Part shown: in pieces, positions 38,791 through 52,526 of the stretch
Position numbering within the stretch: the stretch's first letter is position 1
How the letters are laid out: every line of letters starts with the position of its first letter
Source: Setoptus koraiensis
Lineage: Eukaryota > Animalia > Arthropoda
Reading direction: 5' to 3'
NCBI GenBank assembly: GCA_048013815.1
Contig: CM106586.1
Coordinates: forward strand, 7,812,001 to 7,876,000
Length of the DNA stretch: 64,000 bases
Made by a program: the position numbers and the translations under genes
The notes under the pieces: model-generated
Seen by the model: only the letters and a program-made list of their open reading frames with translations
What the model was told of the DNA's origin: nothing
Database searches by the model: none

Positions 38791-40593
38791 CAACACTTGG
38801 GCGACTTACGAGCGACACATATCATCATTACACGAGTGTGTGTATCATTATGTCCGCGCGCTGGCTGCAGCGAGCCCGCCCGACGATTATCCAAACACAC
38901 ACCCTGGCCGGAATGCAGCCAGGGTGTGGATCGGCGGTCCCGATTGGCGGCGTCCGCACTGGCCCCGCTGCCCACGTCAGCGATGGTCGCCGCGGCGCTG
39001 TGTTTGTTTGTCTTGGCTGGCCGCTCACTGGGTCACCGGGCCGCCAGCGGATGTGTGGCGGCCGACAGAAGGAGAGAGAGAGAGCGAAAATAGCAACTAT
39101 TGTGTTGCGTTGTTTTTGCGCGCTGTTGAGACCAGACGCGCACGAACGGCGGCCCCATCTGGCCAGCGATTCATTTATTTATGCTGGGCCAGGCTTCGTC
39201 TCGCGCGCGGCGCGGCGCGATCTGCCGCACGGGGGCCGCCAAAAGGACAGCGCCGGCCGCTCACCTGGCAACTGGTCCGGCCCGCCCGCCCGCTCTCTCG
39301 CTGGCTGTCTGGCTGGCGTGCACTCGCCGTGGGTGTGGGTGCTCGGCTGACTCGGGTCACAATTACGTCAGATTACGAGCGACGATAATTGTTGATCGCC
39401 CTCTCGGCTGTTTTGGCTCTGGCTCGTGCTTGCGCGTGCACGCGCGTGCTGCATGTAGCGCTGCATACGTGCAAGGCGCGCGTTCAGGTGCAGGGAACAG
39501 CAGTGTACGCACAGCAGTGCTGCGCGCTGGCAAGCTACTGACGGTGCGCAGACAGATGTCGCAAGTGTGATTATGACATCCGCATTAGCATTGCGCGTCT
39601 TGACAACCGAACTCGCCATTGGGCCGACAGTGTTCGACGTGCACTGCTCGACGAACTGTGCGACTCGCACAGTACCAGCGCCAGAGCGAGCAAATTACAT
39701 AATTTGCTCGCTCGCCACGATGCGCTCGCCATGGTGCGCTCGCCCCGCATAGCAGGTTGCGCAACTACCCATGGCAGCCACAACTTGTGCGATGCTGGCA
39801 TGGGTAGCGCCAACGGCATACGCTGTTGCTGTCCGGGCTGAAGAGCGCCAGAAGCAATGCAAATGCAAAGTCGCAATGGCGATACCAAGCGATTGATTGA
39901 TTGCGACGGCTGGCCTTTGCCAGTGCTCACAGGTATTGTCAGAGCTCGGCCGGCTTTTGTTTTTGGGCGCTCGCAGTTTTGATGAGGTGTCATAATGGCG
40001 GCAGTGTCGTCATTTAAACAGCAGTCACTGTTGAACAGAGCAGGTGCATCGGGCCACTGTTGTTGCTGCTCGCTTTGCACTGCTGATCGATTGGCCTTTA
40101 CATTCGGAGGCATGTATTATGGCATTGTTCAGGATTTCGAGTGAGTCTCTTCACAATTCACATTGAGTGACTGCTGCAAGTTAATGGCCGGCCTTGTTCA
40201 TGAAAACTTTCCCTGACTAAACTCTGTGCGAGAGCTTTCAAAAAAGCGCGCCCAAAGTGCGTTGCGCAACGTCTCTAACGCGGTGCATGTAGTCAATGTC
40301 TAGACGCTGTTACGTAACTCACTGCTGCCATAACACATTGCTGCCTTTTGGCCACGGTAGCAGCGCAGTGATGATAATGATGATGATGACGAGCAGCAGC
40401 GGCCGCGGCCGCGCCAATAGTAATAGTGGTAATAATAGCGATCATGGTAATAGTGATGATAACGCAGCGAGTTGTTGTTGTTGTAGTTGTTGTGGTTGGC
40501 GCCGTTGTTGTTGCGCTATCACGGTGCTAGCTGCTCACAGTGGCGCTGCTGTATTGATGATGGTGCAGTGGTTGATTATGATGGAGCTGCCAT

Positions 40594-40594
<1 letters not shown>

Positions 40595-40647
<53 letters not shown>
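40595..40647. repeat. (CA)n microsatellite
   Basis: Pure CA run. Confidence 0.96.
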
Positions 40648-40651
<4 letters not shown>

Positions 40652-40976
40652 CATCAAAAAGTGGAGGCGCACTCGGTGCGGCGGCCGCGCGCGGTGGGGG
40701 CGGTTCGATTTTTTTCACATCCGTGCGCGGTGGGGCCGCCGCACCGGAATTATTCAAGACAGTGTGCTGCTGGTGGTGCTGGCGTGCGTATTGCGCGATT
40801 CGGTAGTAGCGAACAGCCGCAACAGTGGTGCTGGTTGGTGCACACTACTAATCCGCACCGCCGTCTGTTGCAGTGATGCTGCTGCTGCCGCCGTTGCTGC
40901 TGCATTAGAACATTTTTGCTTCGTGCGCGTCTGTCTCTCGCTGAGTGCGTGCCTGTCTGTGCTGTGCGTTGCGAGT

Positions 40977-41011
<35 letters not shown>

Positions 41012-41579
41012 GTGCGATGTGTTGGTGTGCGTGTGTGTGTGTGTGCGTTGCACCGCCAAGTCGATGGTGGCGCATAGAGGAGACAGACAGACGGGCCGCA
41101 GCGCATTCATGGGAGCCATGTCTCATTTTCAGCTTATCGTTTGCCGTGCTACGCGACCACGTCCAGCCAGCGCATAGTTGGCTAGCTCGCTGCAGCCTCG
41201 CTGCGGTGCAGTATGCCAGTGGTGCAGTGCAGCAAGCTAGCTGCCAGCACCAAGCTAGCTGCCAGCACAGCGGTGCCAGCACAGTGGTGCCAGTGCAGTG
41301 TGCTAGTGCAGTGTGCTAGTGCAGTGTGCCAGTGCATTGTGTGGTGCAGTGTGTCGTGCTGCACCACTGCTCGCTCACGGTGAGCAGCGAGCAGCACAGT
41401 GCGCAATGGGGGAAAGAAGCGCACCAGCAGCAGCAGCAACGGCAGTGCAGCTATGGTATCGCGCAACGGCGCTGAAACGGCAGCAGCAGCAGCAGCATAG
41501 AGTAATTTGCAGCAGCAGCACCACCACTAGCGACTATTTTTCATTTTGAATTTACTCAATCAATTTAATACTACATCAG

Positions 41580-42386
<807 letters not shown>

Positions 42387-43779
42387 GACCTGCCTTTCAT
42401 TCAACTTTTCATTGATGAAAGAAACGAGAGAGAATCTTATTTAATAAATAATTACCATTACCACAACAGACACACAACACATTACACCAACACACATACA
42501 CACACACACACACACATAAAACTACTCCTATTATTATAAATATTATTATTATTATTAGTAGTAGTGGTAGTAGTAGAAGTGGTAAATATATCATCATTAT
42601 CATCGCCGCCGCCGTGGTCGTCGTCGTCGTTAATCATCACGTGAAATCAATTCAATGCCAGTCACCCATATTGTATAAATGAAAAAGAAGAAGAAGAAAA
42701 AATTTATATCATCGTGTGCTAGTATTTTAGCCTTTAAGTGCTTGCCCCTCTGTCTACAACAAAATGTCTTTAAACATACAACAACAACATCAACAACAAA
42801 TTAATTATATAGCAACACGGCACATACAAACATCGCGTCATCAAATAGATTTGTCTTAAACATCTTTAAATCTGAGCTTATGTAATATCTCTAGATTAAA
42901 AAATGTAGATTGAATCTATTCCAGAACAGACATTGTGTACCTGTAAGCACCTTTTGGTTGGAACAAACAACAATATAAAAGCTAGATTATTTAATAATAA
43001 TTATGAGCAGATCTAAGAGGAAGAAACCATTCCGCACCCAATCACCCATCTTCAACCAACTTCATCAGCAAACAAGAGAAACCCAACACAAGATTTGAAA
43101 TGAAATTATTGCAACACAACAAACCAAAAAATTATCAGTATAAATACAATTATATCAATATTATTATTATTAATTATTATTATTAAGGTTATATAATGAG
43201 TTTATTATCATATTATTATACTATAATTATTATTATTACTATCAATGACATCATCATCACAACAGCAAAGCGATATTATACACCACCCAGCTACTGTGGT
43301 TAAAGATATCATGTCATCAATAAGAAGAAGAATCTATCCTATTGATGCTCTATGTACAAAATCACTCAGCGTCATCTGTGTCGGCGACATCATCATTACT
43401 AAGTCATAATCAAAAAGTAAATGCAACATTATTCTGACACTCAAATCATCAAACACTCAATAAACTTTCAATCACAACAACAAAAACCAACCAACAGATT
43501 ATGAAACAATCACAACAATAACACAAAAGCAATTTACAGTAATGCCTCTCCAATGCAATGCTACCAAATCCAATTCTACTGAGTTACTCAAGCCCAAGCT
43601 TTTCTCAAACACAGACACAATATCTTAAACTTTCAACCAAACTAGTTCAATTATCCTCCAACGACCTACCCTATCCTCTTACAATCAATTCTAGATCAAT
43701 AATTAATTCAAATCGAATAGCTAAATGCACACATAGCTTGTTTCAAAAAACTCTGGGATATATTTTAATCAAACCATCA

Positions 43780-45980
43780 CACCTATGCATTTGCACTTAA
43801 CGGTATTACCGTGGGCTTCTCTCAAAACAAACACCAATAACTTGGATTTCCATAGTGCTCTTATAGGATGGATATACTCAACAACTTGAACAAATATCAT
43901 TTACCAGGCATAGTAAATAAACATCATATGCAAGTCACACATTTAAAAATGATTTGGCGTCTACTCTAGCAGTAGCATTAACCAAGCTTTTAATGAACCT
44001 CAAACATCCTTGAAAGCAATCATCTCCGAAGCCAAATTAATGAAGTTGAAGCATCACCAATAATTCTCAATTATTGTTCTCTATGTCGCCCGCACAGTAT
44101 CCCATGACATATTTTGTTGGTAACATTTTGGACAATTAAAAATCAAATGCATTTGCAACTCAACACAAAACAACTCAAACAAAGACATGCACACAATACT
44201 GATATGCACCTGAAGTAAAAATACTGCGATTTTGATTAATGTTCATGAGTGTTTATTAAATTACAGTTTTAATGTAAAGTGTACAAAATCTAGTCTATTC
44301 ACTAATCAATCACATCAGGTACAAAGCATTGCTCACTATTTTGAGGCTCTACAGTCATCCCACGTGAACATCACTCAATAATAATATTCCTGTTCTGGTT
44401 CCATCGTGACCCGATGAGTTCATAACTCATTAAAAAGAACTCTATTTGTTTGTACTTTTGAGTTTGCGACATATCTCAATGATCTGTAATGCTGCTGTTG
44501 TACTTTTAATCTTCTTGCTTGATGTCCCAAAACTTCAGTTTCTCGTACGTATTGGTAGATGTGCCAAAAATCCTGGTTTGGCCGAGACGTGGTCAAAGAA
44601 TTTTCATCACTAGCATCGATTTTCGCTCGATGAGAACCTTCCATTAAGTCATGCTCATGATTATTTGGTGCACTCTCAATCTGGGTTAAGTACAAAATGA
44701 ATTATTTTGTATAATAAAATCACGGGGACCACAGAAAATGGTCGAACATCAAGTCAGCGAGATGAGAAAAATCAGGTCAAACATACTAACAGTCACATAG
44801 TATAGAGAGGCTCGTTGACCTCATTCAACAGTGACTAGTGCTTATAAATAAAAGAGAGAATTGCAAGAGAGGTAGAGTCTATAACGCGCGGGGTTTCGAT
44901 GCAGATTCTGGTCACGTCATTCGAACTAAGTAACTCTTTGATTTCTATGTTTAATTGTTCCTCCTCTGTTGACTTATTAATCAAAGTCCATACAGTTGTA
45001 CACGTTTAGTTATACACGTTTAGTGTAACTAGATATATATATATATATATATACATCTTATTCCATTTGTTAATTTAATCCTCCCCTGAATCGGAAATTG
45101 GTTATCATGATCATTGTGGCCGTTCTGTCCGTATCAAGATGGCACATACAGGAAAAGATCAATAGATTGTCATGCTAGAGGACTTGAAACTCGAGTTGCA
45201 ACGATTCAATAAGTGAACTACAATAGCTATAGATATCTGGTTACGTCATCACCGTTCGAATATGACCGATAGTAATGCATGTCCGGCCACCATCAACTCT
45301 TTTTCAACGGAAGTACCAGTTACAATTAGATCAATTATTTAATTTGTTTTTTTTTATATTATTGTCCGGTTTCAACATCCTTGACACAAAATACATGTAT
45401 AAATATAAATAGCCTAATAACGTTATTAGGGTCAACATTGTTGATTGTCACTAAACTACGTTGAGTAGTCTTGAAAGAGTAATACTTTGAACGAGATGCG
45501 ACGCTCATTATTCCATTCTAATTGTTGGATGGTACACAGTATATTATGTATGCGAGTGAAAGACGGAAAGTTTAAAATTCTAATCATGATTATTCTACAA
45601 TAGCCAACAAAGACCAAATGATCAGAGGATATTATGTTAATTAGTCACGCTTAAAGTTTCAGCCATTCGGCTAGCGCATGTGCTGCCTGCTACTGGTGCT
45701 CTGATGTGAACACGAGATACACCTATTTATAATTTTTTGGATCGCCATCAACCGCATCCGATATAGCCTAAAGCCAAGAATTGGGTCACTATGAGGCTTT
45801 CTTGTGGTGCTGAATTCTACTAATGACCGCTCGACTTGATTGTAGATGCGCGCGTTTGTCTTTAGCTCTGAATTTAATGCAAGCCAGACCCTGGACAAAA
45901 CTAAAACAACATCTATCTTTGTGGTCAAATGTGGTTCAGACAATGTGTCGTTTGGCTGTCTGTATTCAATTGTTGCCATC
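43780..45980 (-). pseudogene. Possible decayed coding relic with weak TGF-beta-family resemblance
   Basis: Fragmented frames with stops: RSLR (44474-44485), VG*, MLPTKYVMGYCAG (from 44126), terminal KCKC (43787-43795); two 91-103 aa open stretches. Confidence 0.22.
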
Positions 45981-46250
45981 AATTGTCATTCGTTCAAATT
46001 TCGTCGTTCATTCGAGCAAAAGAGATCCCCCACATTTGTACATATAGCCACTTTCACATCCAGCTAGTTTCATTTGACAAACATCAAGTTATGACAAACT
46101 ACTGACTAGTACTGACTAGGTGGCTAGATACAAGGGAGTGACGGTCAGAGAAGAACGAAAAACTGCAAGTATTAATTTCGATTCGAAGTGAAAACTGCAA
46201 GTAGTTTGACAAAGTTAGTGTTTTACAGAGTTAACAAGTCATCAATCATC

Positions 46251-48029
46251 ATGCTGCATTACGAGAAACCGATCATCGCCTTTTTTGAGGCTATCAAGAA
46301 TTTACGCTATAGGTAAGCTGTTTGAGGCTAACACCTCTCTCTCTCTCTCTCTCTTTATGCACCAACTTGAACTTATATACAAGTTATATACAAGTTATAT
46401 ACAAGTATAACTATCTTATACAATAATTCTGACAATTCTGTCACACTTACACACCACAATCAGGCAAGTGGCTCTTATATTGCAGACCGGATTTGATCCA
46501 AATCTATTATTGAATGCTCACAATCAGAATGGGCTACAATTTCTAGTGAACTATTTCGGTGATACTGATGCTCGCATTCGCTTACAAATACCAATTAACA
46601 AAGCGGCCTACATAAATATCGCAAAACTTTTGCTAGATTCTGGTTTGGACGCTAACACTATTGATTTGTTGAGTGGCGAGAGTGTTCTGTTTGACGCTAT
46701 ACGTTACGACGATCGCGACATGGTTTTACTCCTGTTGGGTTACGTAAGTAGTACATTGTTATAAGTGATTTTTATTATATGCCATGAGACAATGCTGAAT
46801 GCATTGAATCTGTTCGTCAACTTGGATGATGCTTGAGAAAATAAATGATGATTGCATACATTGTTTAGAATGGCATCGTGTTAACAGCAAATGTCAATTT
46901 ATTTGTACTCTAGGTTGACATGTCGATACGCAACAAAGAAGGCGAGACGGCGCTAATGTTTGCAGCTAGAATTGGCACTAGACAAGTGATGAAGATGATG
47001 TTGGAGCATTTGCGTTTAATTAACATGGATGGCTACTTTTTACGTCAACGCAATCGTTATGGAAACACAGCATTAGAGCTGGCTAGAGCCAGTAACTTGG
47101 AATGCGCCAAAGTGATGACAAAACATCTCATTCATTATGGTAATCAATCATTGGGCCCCACTTATCATCAGCACCAACATCACCCAAGTAAGTAGACTAG
47201 CTCATGTTATCAGTGATTATAATTTTGATGACATGAGGCATATTATGTTACTGAGATCGTCATCATTGAAAAGAAGTAGCTCACACACAAATTATAACAG
47301 AGTATAACAATACATGATTCAATCTTCTGACACCCTTGAAACAATAAAAACAAACAATACGGATGATGATGATAACAAGTTCTAAGCAGATCGTCATCAC
47401 ATCACCAATTATTAGCTGCTGCTGCCGCAGGTATACCTGTTGTGCACAATAGTTCACGTTATCATCATCATCATCACCGAAGAGCACCAAGTCATCATTC
47501 ATTATTATCATCCGTATCTGTTGGTCTGGGCGAAACAACAACAGACGATAGTGATATTGATGGCAATGTGGCTAATGATGCTTCTCTGTTATACAATGTT
47601 AGACATCAATCACGCAATAAGCACGATAAATCATTTATAGGCACTAGTAGTAATGTTAGCCATCGTTCATTTTACAATCAGGGCGGACAAATGGCAAATT
47701 CTTCAGCGGGAGTAGCAGCAGCACCGGCTCAGCCGATTCATCATCGTCGGAGCGCCCGATCGAAGGCCACAGACAATCTAACTGGTGCTCAAGCAATGAT
47801 ATCAATGAATTCAGACGAGGAAGAAGAGGTGGCAGAGGCCGTGGCAGCTGCCAATTCAGGAGAAGAGGCCGCTGCTGCTGTTCAAGCTGCTGTAGAGGCT
47901 CAGCAACAACGATGCCAACAACAAGTAAAAGGTACAAAGGGTCGATCGGCATCGGATTTGCGACGTCAACAACAAAACGAAGAGGATATGGGCTATATGA
48001 TGGATCAATTCCGAGGCATGAGAACATAG
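46251..48029 (+). CDS. Ankyrin-repeat protein. Exons 46251-46312, 46464-46743, 46914-47187, 47416 or 47431-48029 (unspliced form stops at 47195)
   Basis: Ankyrin motifs GLDANTIDLLSGESVLFDAI, NKEGETALMFAA, NRYGNTALELA; GT-AG junctions with compatible phases; low-complexity His/Ala/Gln-rich last exon. Confidence 0.72.
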
Positions 48030-48534
48030 TCGAGCCGTTGTTGCACAGATCATGGCATTCGACAGAACAAATCGCTTCAACGCGCTACGAGAAACAATTA
48101 CATAAGCAAACTGTCGCTGTCAAGAGTAAATCATCGTCAAATGAGTCTAAAAGAATCATGCAAGAGAAACAAAACAGACAGTTCGAACGAGATAGCTTAA
48201 GATGGTTTAGTTTAAGCAATCTGAATGATATTGACAACGGCAACGATTACAACAATAATGATTCCATCTATTCTGCGACATACAAGAACAACAACAGGCT
48301 GTTGTATAATAAAAATCACAAAAAACACAATAACAACAACAACAACAACGAAGCTTCAAGAGTAATCAAGCGACAAGTTCGATTCTATCAAGAGACAACC
48401 TAATCAGTTTAGACAAAGACAAAAACAAACAAACAAACGCAAAAAGCAAACCTTGGCTCAATAATTAGTAAAAGAAGCAATTTACTCTCAACACATAAAA
48501 GTAAACAGTCTTAATTGATGATAATCTTAAATAT

Positions 48535-50362
48535 CTATGTTCTATTGTTTTTGTATACAGTGCGTGAAAACAAACATTTGGACGAGTGCGTTGCAAGCAC
48601 TTTCTTTCCGCGCGCTTGTATTTGGGCCTCTGTTTCCATCTCCAATGACTTCTTTGGATTACGAGAAACAAATCGATCGAGGAAATTTTTTACGCTGAAA
48701 TCCTCTAGAGCATCACCATCGTAAATATAGTATTCGCCAGAGATGGCTTTGTTAGCAAATAAGGCCACTGATGGATGATAGTGCTTCGTGAGTGCGTATA
48801 ATTCCCATAATTTGGCGTTGCCCGCTTTACAATATTTGGGATTCCTCGCGAGAGCATCGTAATCTTTATTAGTATCATCAGACGTGCTGTTGTGTTGCCA
48901 TGAGGTTGTGGATATTCGAGCGCTCATCAATAACGCCTTTTTCGCATCTTCACGATCCATAAGCTCTGAGTTTTTGCGTTTTTTACCCTTTATATCATTG
49001 GTGGCTGTCTCGTCATCGTCGTCAGGAATATCTTCGTATCTTTCCTCGTCGTCATCATCAAGGTCAATAAATTTGGCCATCTGATCCTCCTTGTGATCAC
49101 TCTTCTTTTGGGCAGCGTCTGGAGTTGCTGTTGCTGGTTGCGGTGCTGATTTCGCATTCATTAATTTTATAACAACAAGTAAAATGGAACAAGCGAAAGG
49201 AGCTGGGCTACTTAAGGCAACTTGTAGAAGCCTTTTAATGAAAGCCCTCTGTCTCTCGATGACTTTATCTTGACTCACAAGAGTGCATACCATATTCAAA
49301 ATTGATTGTTGCTTAGAACATGTTTGCAATTCAGAATGAAGCAAATGGTTGTAGACTGTGTTGTAGAAACGATCCTCTATTGGTATCTTTTGAGTTAATA
49401 ATCTGCGACTTAATATGGTATGTATAAGAACAAGAGCCTGAATACTCATGGTGTAATTTACATAATGCACAATTGTATATAAAACTTGTAACTGTTGTTC
49501 AAAAACGTCAAGTTTTAACTTGGAGAAAGGATATGCTCTATTGATACCTATTAGCAGGGCTCCCATCAATTTAGAATCAACACTCCCTTGCTTAATTTGT
49601 GTCGAGAAATACCTTAAATATATCTCCAGTAGCTTATTGGCAAGATCTGGATTCTTTCTGGACAGAATAAAATGATTTAACAAACACAGAGTATAATATT
49701 GAGCCTTTTGTTCAATATTTGAACGATTCAAAAATCTCTCAGCCTCTATTAGAGCCATTTCTTTCAGTTCAGGTTTTTTCTCGTTGATGATTTGCTCAAT
49801 AAGGTGGCTCGCATGTGTAGCTATCTTAGGAACTTTATCTCCTATCTTATTGACTAGCTTTTCCATGATGTACTTCTTGTTATCTGGGTGCTTAACTAGC
49901 AGATCGGCCATAGTATTGATGGCCTTGTTCCTTGTTGTAACAAGGGTGTCGAATGCAACAGCTTCTAGTCGATCGATGAACTTAGTATAATAGAATTGAA
50001 TCTTTTTCAAAAGTTGAGGCTGAACAGAGGTAGGGCTCAGTGAATCAAGGAATAGTTCCTTGAGAGTATCCATGGCCATAGTGCACTCTCGTCTGCACTT
50101 CTTGACGTCTACCATGTCTATAATTGCAGACAGGCTGTTCAAATCTTTGGCCTCATGAACCAGTAATGTATGAGCCGCCAGCCGGTCGGCTATGGTACCT
50201 TTTTTGAGCACGGTATTTATCCATTTTGAATCGCTCTGATTAGTTGATGACGTCAATTAAAGACAGAATAAAAAGATTAATAATATTGTTTTACAAGCAG
50301 ATACAAAATAGGATTCTCAGCCGTATCGATTCTTTTACCTTTCCAAACTTTTCCTCCTCCAT
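48535..50362 (-). CDS. CEBPZ: CEBPZ / Noc1 / Mak21 (CBF/Mak21 family ribosome biogenesis factor). Probable exons 50362-50339 and 50235-48535
   Basis: GTIADRLAA, LVNKIGD, IGINRAYPF, DRFYNTVY, RNPKYC, HYHPSVALFA motifs; phase-0 GT-AG intron links MEEEKFGK to SDSKW. Shorter than typical orthologues; the C-terminus is uncertain. Confidence 0.88.
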
Positions 50363-50554
50363 GATGAATAGATTGAATAGTTAGGTCTTGCCTCTAGTGA
50401 ATTGATTGTCAAAATTATTCAACAAAAGTTCATTTGTTGATCGGAAGAAGGAATGAAGAAATGATTAGTCTTGGCTACTGAGGCGATTTAATATGATTTG
50501 CTATGAAAACACGTGTTCGTCCAAGCATGTCATATTTAATTTATGATGATCTTG

Positions 50555-50567
50555 CACCAGAGGGCAC
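50555..50567 (+). promoter_or_regulatory. CTCF-like site CACCAGAGGGCAC
   Basis: Matches core CCASYAGRKGGCRS except the first base; same 11-mer at 61610. Confidence 0.35.
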
Positions 50568-50587
50568 TAAATAGCCGGCATTTTGCC

Positions 50588-50669
50588 TGTTCAAATTTGG
50601 CGCTCACAAAAGGATCGACGAGGGTGCGCAAGATGCCTGTTTGTCGGAAGCGGCATGAGACGAACGCTG
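50588..50669 (+). promoter_or_regulatory. Shared ~85-bp element, copy 1 (CEBPZ/eIF2gamma divergent promoter)
   Basis: 23-nt identity GTTCAAATTTGGCGCTCACAAAA with 62039-62061, plus continuing similarity GAGGGTGCGCAA..ATGCYTGTTT..CGGAAGCRGCATGARACGAACGCTG. Confidence 0.75.
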
Positions 50670-50914
50670 CACGGTGTTTAACAAAAATCTTCTCTCTCTT
50701 CATCAATGACCATATGTGGGATTCACGATCAGGCACTATTACAACAGGAATAACGATAAAATGTCCCCAATCAATATTTTTTAATTCAATTTATCGCCTA
50801 AAATATTCTAGCAACTACAATAAACAAGTGTTTGGATCTGAATAAGCCTGTCGCGCTCGCAGTTGGCATAAATTATAATTATATTTGCTGGAATTTGATA
50901 GAAACAATAACAGG

Positions 50915-52526
50915 ATGCCGCCTCCAACTAATGTAAGTAACATCCTCACAAGTTCCAGGAGTTAGTGGCTTACTTTATCGAATCACATCAAGATTCTCGC
51001 TAGATCCCAACTCTAGCGACCGACTAATCAGACAACTTACTAACCTCTCATGATTTTTATCTCGCCCCGCTCGTCCCTCAGCTGACGCCGCTGTCTAAAG
51101 AGGTTATAAGCAAACAAGCAACTATAAATATAGGAACAATTGGACATGTGGCACATGGTAAATCTACTGTTGTCAAAGCTATTAGTGGTGTGCAGACTGT
51201 TAGATTTAAGAATGAATTGGAACGTAATATTACTATTAAATTGGGATACGCCAACGCCAAAATATACAAATGTGACAATGATGCCTGTCCCAGGCCCGGT
51301 TGTTATACATCCGCTGGCAGTAACAAAGAAGACGAATTCCCTTGCCACAGACCGGGCTGTAGTGGACGCTTCAAACTGCAACGACACGTATCATTTGTTG
51401 ACTGTCCTGGTCACGACATTCTCATGGCCACTATGTTGAATGGAGCAGCTGTCATGGATGCCGCTCTTTTATTGATAGCCGCCAACGAACCTTGCCCACA
51501 ACCCCAGACATCAGAGCATCTAGCCGCTGTTGAAATCATGCAGCTTAAGCATATACTAATTCTACAAAACAAAATTGATTTAGTCAAAGAATCACAGGCT
51601 AAAGAGCAATTTGTGCAAATCCAAAAATTCATCGATGGTACTGTAGCTCAAGGTAGTCCAGTTATTCCAATCTCAGCACAATTGAAATATAACATTGATG
51701 TTATTTGCGAGTATATATGCACGAAGATACCTGTCCCAAAACGTGACTTCGAAACTCCTCCGCGACTCATCAGTAAGTCAAACCAATCAAGATGACACAT
51801 CCTTACTATTATGATACCAATGTTCCCCCAGTCTCGAAAACTAATCCTTTACTTTTCGTCCTACTTTTTGCAGTCATTCGTTCCTTCGATGTCAACAAGC
51901 CAGGTTGTGAGGTCGAAGATATCAAGGGTGGTGTCATTGGTGGTTCCATATCGACGGGACTTCTCAAAGAAGGTATGGAAATTGAAGTTAGACCAGGTCT
52001 AATAGAAAAAGACGAAGACGGTAAAGTTATATGCTGTCCCATATTTTCAAGAATAGTATCCCTGAATGCCGATATAAATGAGCTCGGTTTCGCCGTACCT
52101 GGTGGTCTAATTGGTGTTGGTACAAAAATAGATCCTATGTGGACAAGAGCCGATCGTATGGTTGGTCAAGTATTAGGTACTGTGGGTTCGTTACCAGATA
52201 TTCACACAGAACTAGAGATAACTTATTATTTATTGAGGAGGCTCTTAGGAGTCCGAACGGAAGGCGACAAGAAGGGTGCAAAAGTTCAAAGACTCTCTAA
52301 GGGTGAGATGCTTATGCTCAACGTTGGTTCTTTATCTACAGGTGGTAAAGTAACCGCTGTCAAAGTTGATTTGGCCAAAATATCATTGTCCACCCCAGTA
52401 TGCGTAGAGATTGGTGAAAAGATAGCATTAAGCAGGAGAGTTGATCGTCATTGGCGTCTCATCGGATGGGGCCAAATTAGAAGAGGTACAATCATCGAGC
52501 CAACTATTCGCGAAAATCGGCCATGA
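50915..52526 (+). CDS. EIF2S3: Translation initiation factor eIF2 gamma. Exons 50915-50932, 51082-51772, 51874-52526
   Basis: [44 protein letters not shown]; consensus GT-AG introns in frame. Confidence 0.96.

Larger units (their letters stand above)
13535..40318. promoter_or_regulatory. Dispersed cluster of PAR-bZIP/NFIL3-type sites (RTTAYGTAAY)
   Basis: TTACGTAA cores in 10-mers starting at 13535, 15073, 15088, 18202, 23124, 33447, 34398, 36221, 40309; TTATGTAA-type variants at 22404, 28029, 39694. Confidence 0.55.

Noticed and set aside
14000-41500. Numerous 60-290 aa ORFs in the GC-rich region (e.g. 38005-38703, 38516-39388, 40296-41177, 30552-31229)
   Set aside because: Overlap on both strands, translate microsatellites or tandem arrays (CVCV, HTHT, ATRG), have no recognisable domains, and are expected where GC is high.
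47251-47275. TGAGATC stretch resembling bantam miRNA
   Set aside because: Only a seed-length match and no hairpin.
47912-48403. 163-aa ORF overlapping the ankyrin last exon in another frame
   Set aside because: Low-complexity Asn/Lys-rich sequence overlapping a better supported frame and the probable 3'UTR; no independent support.
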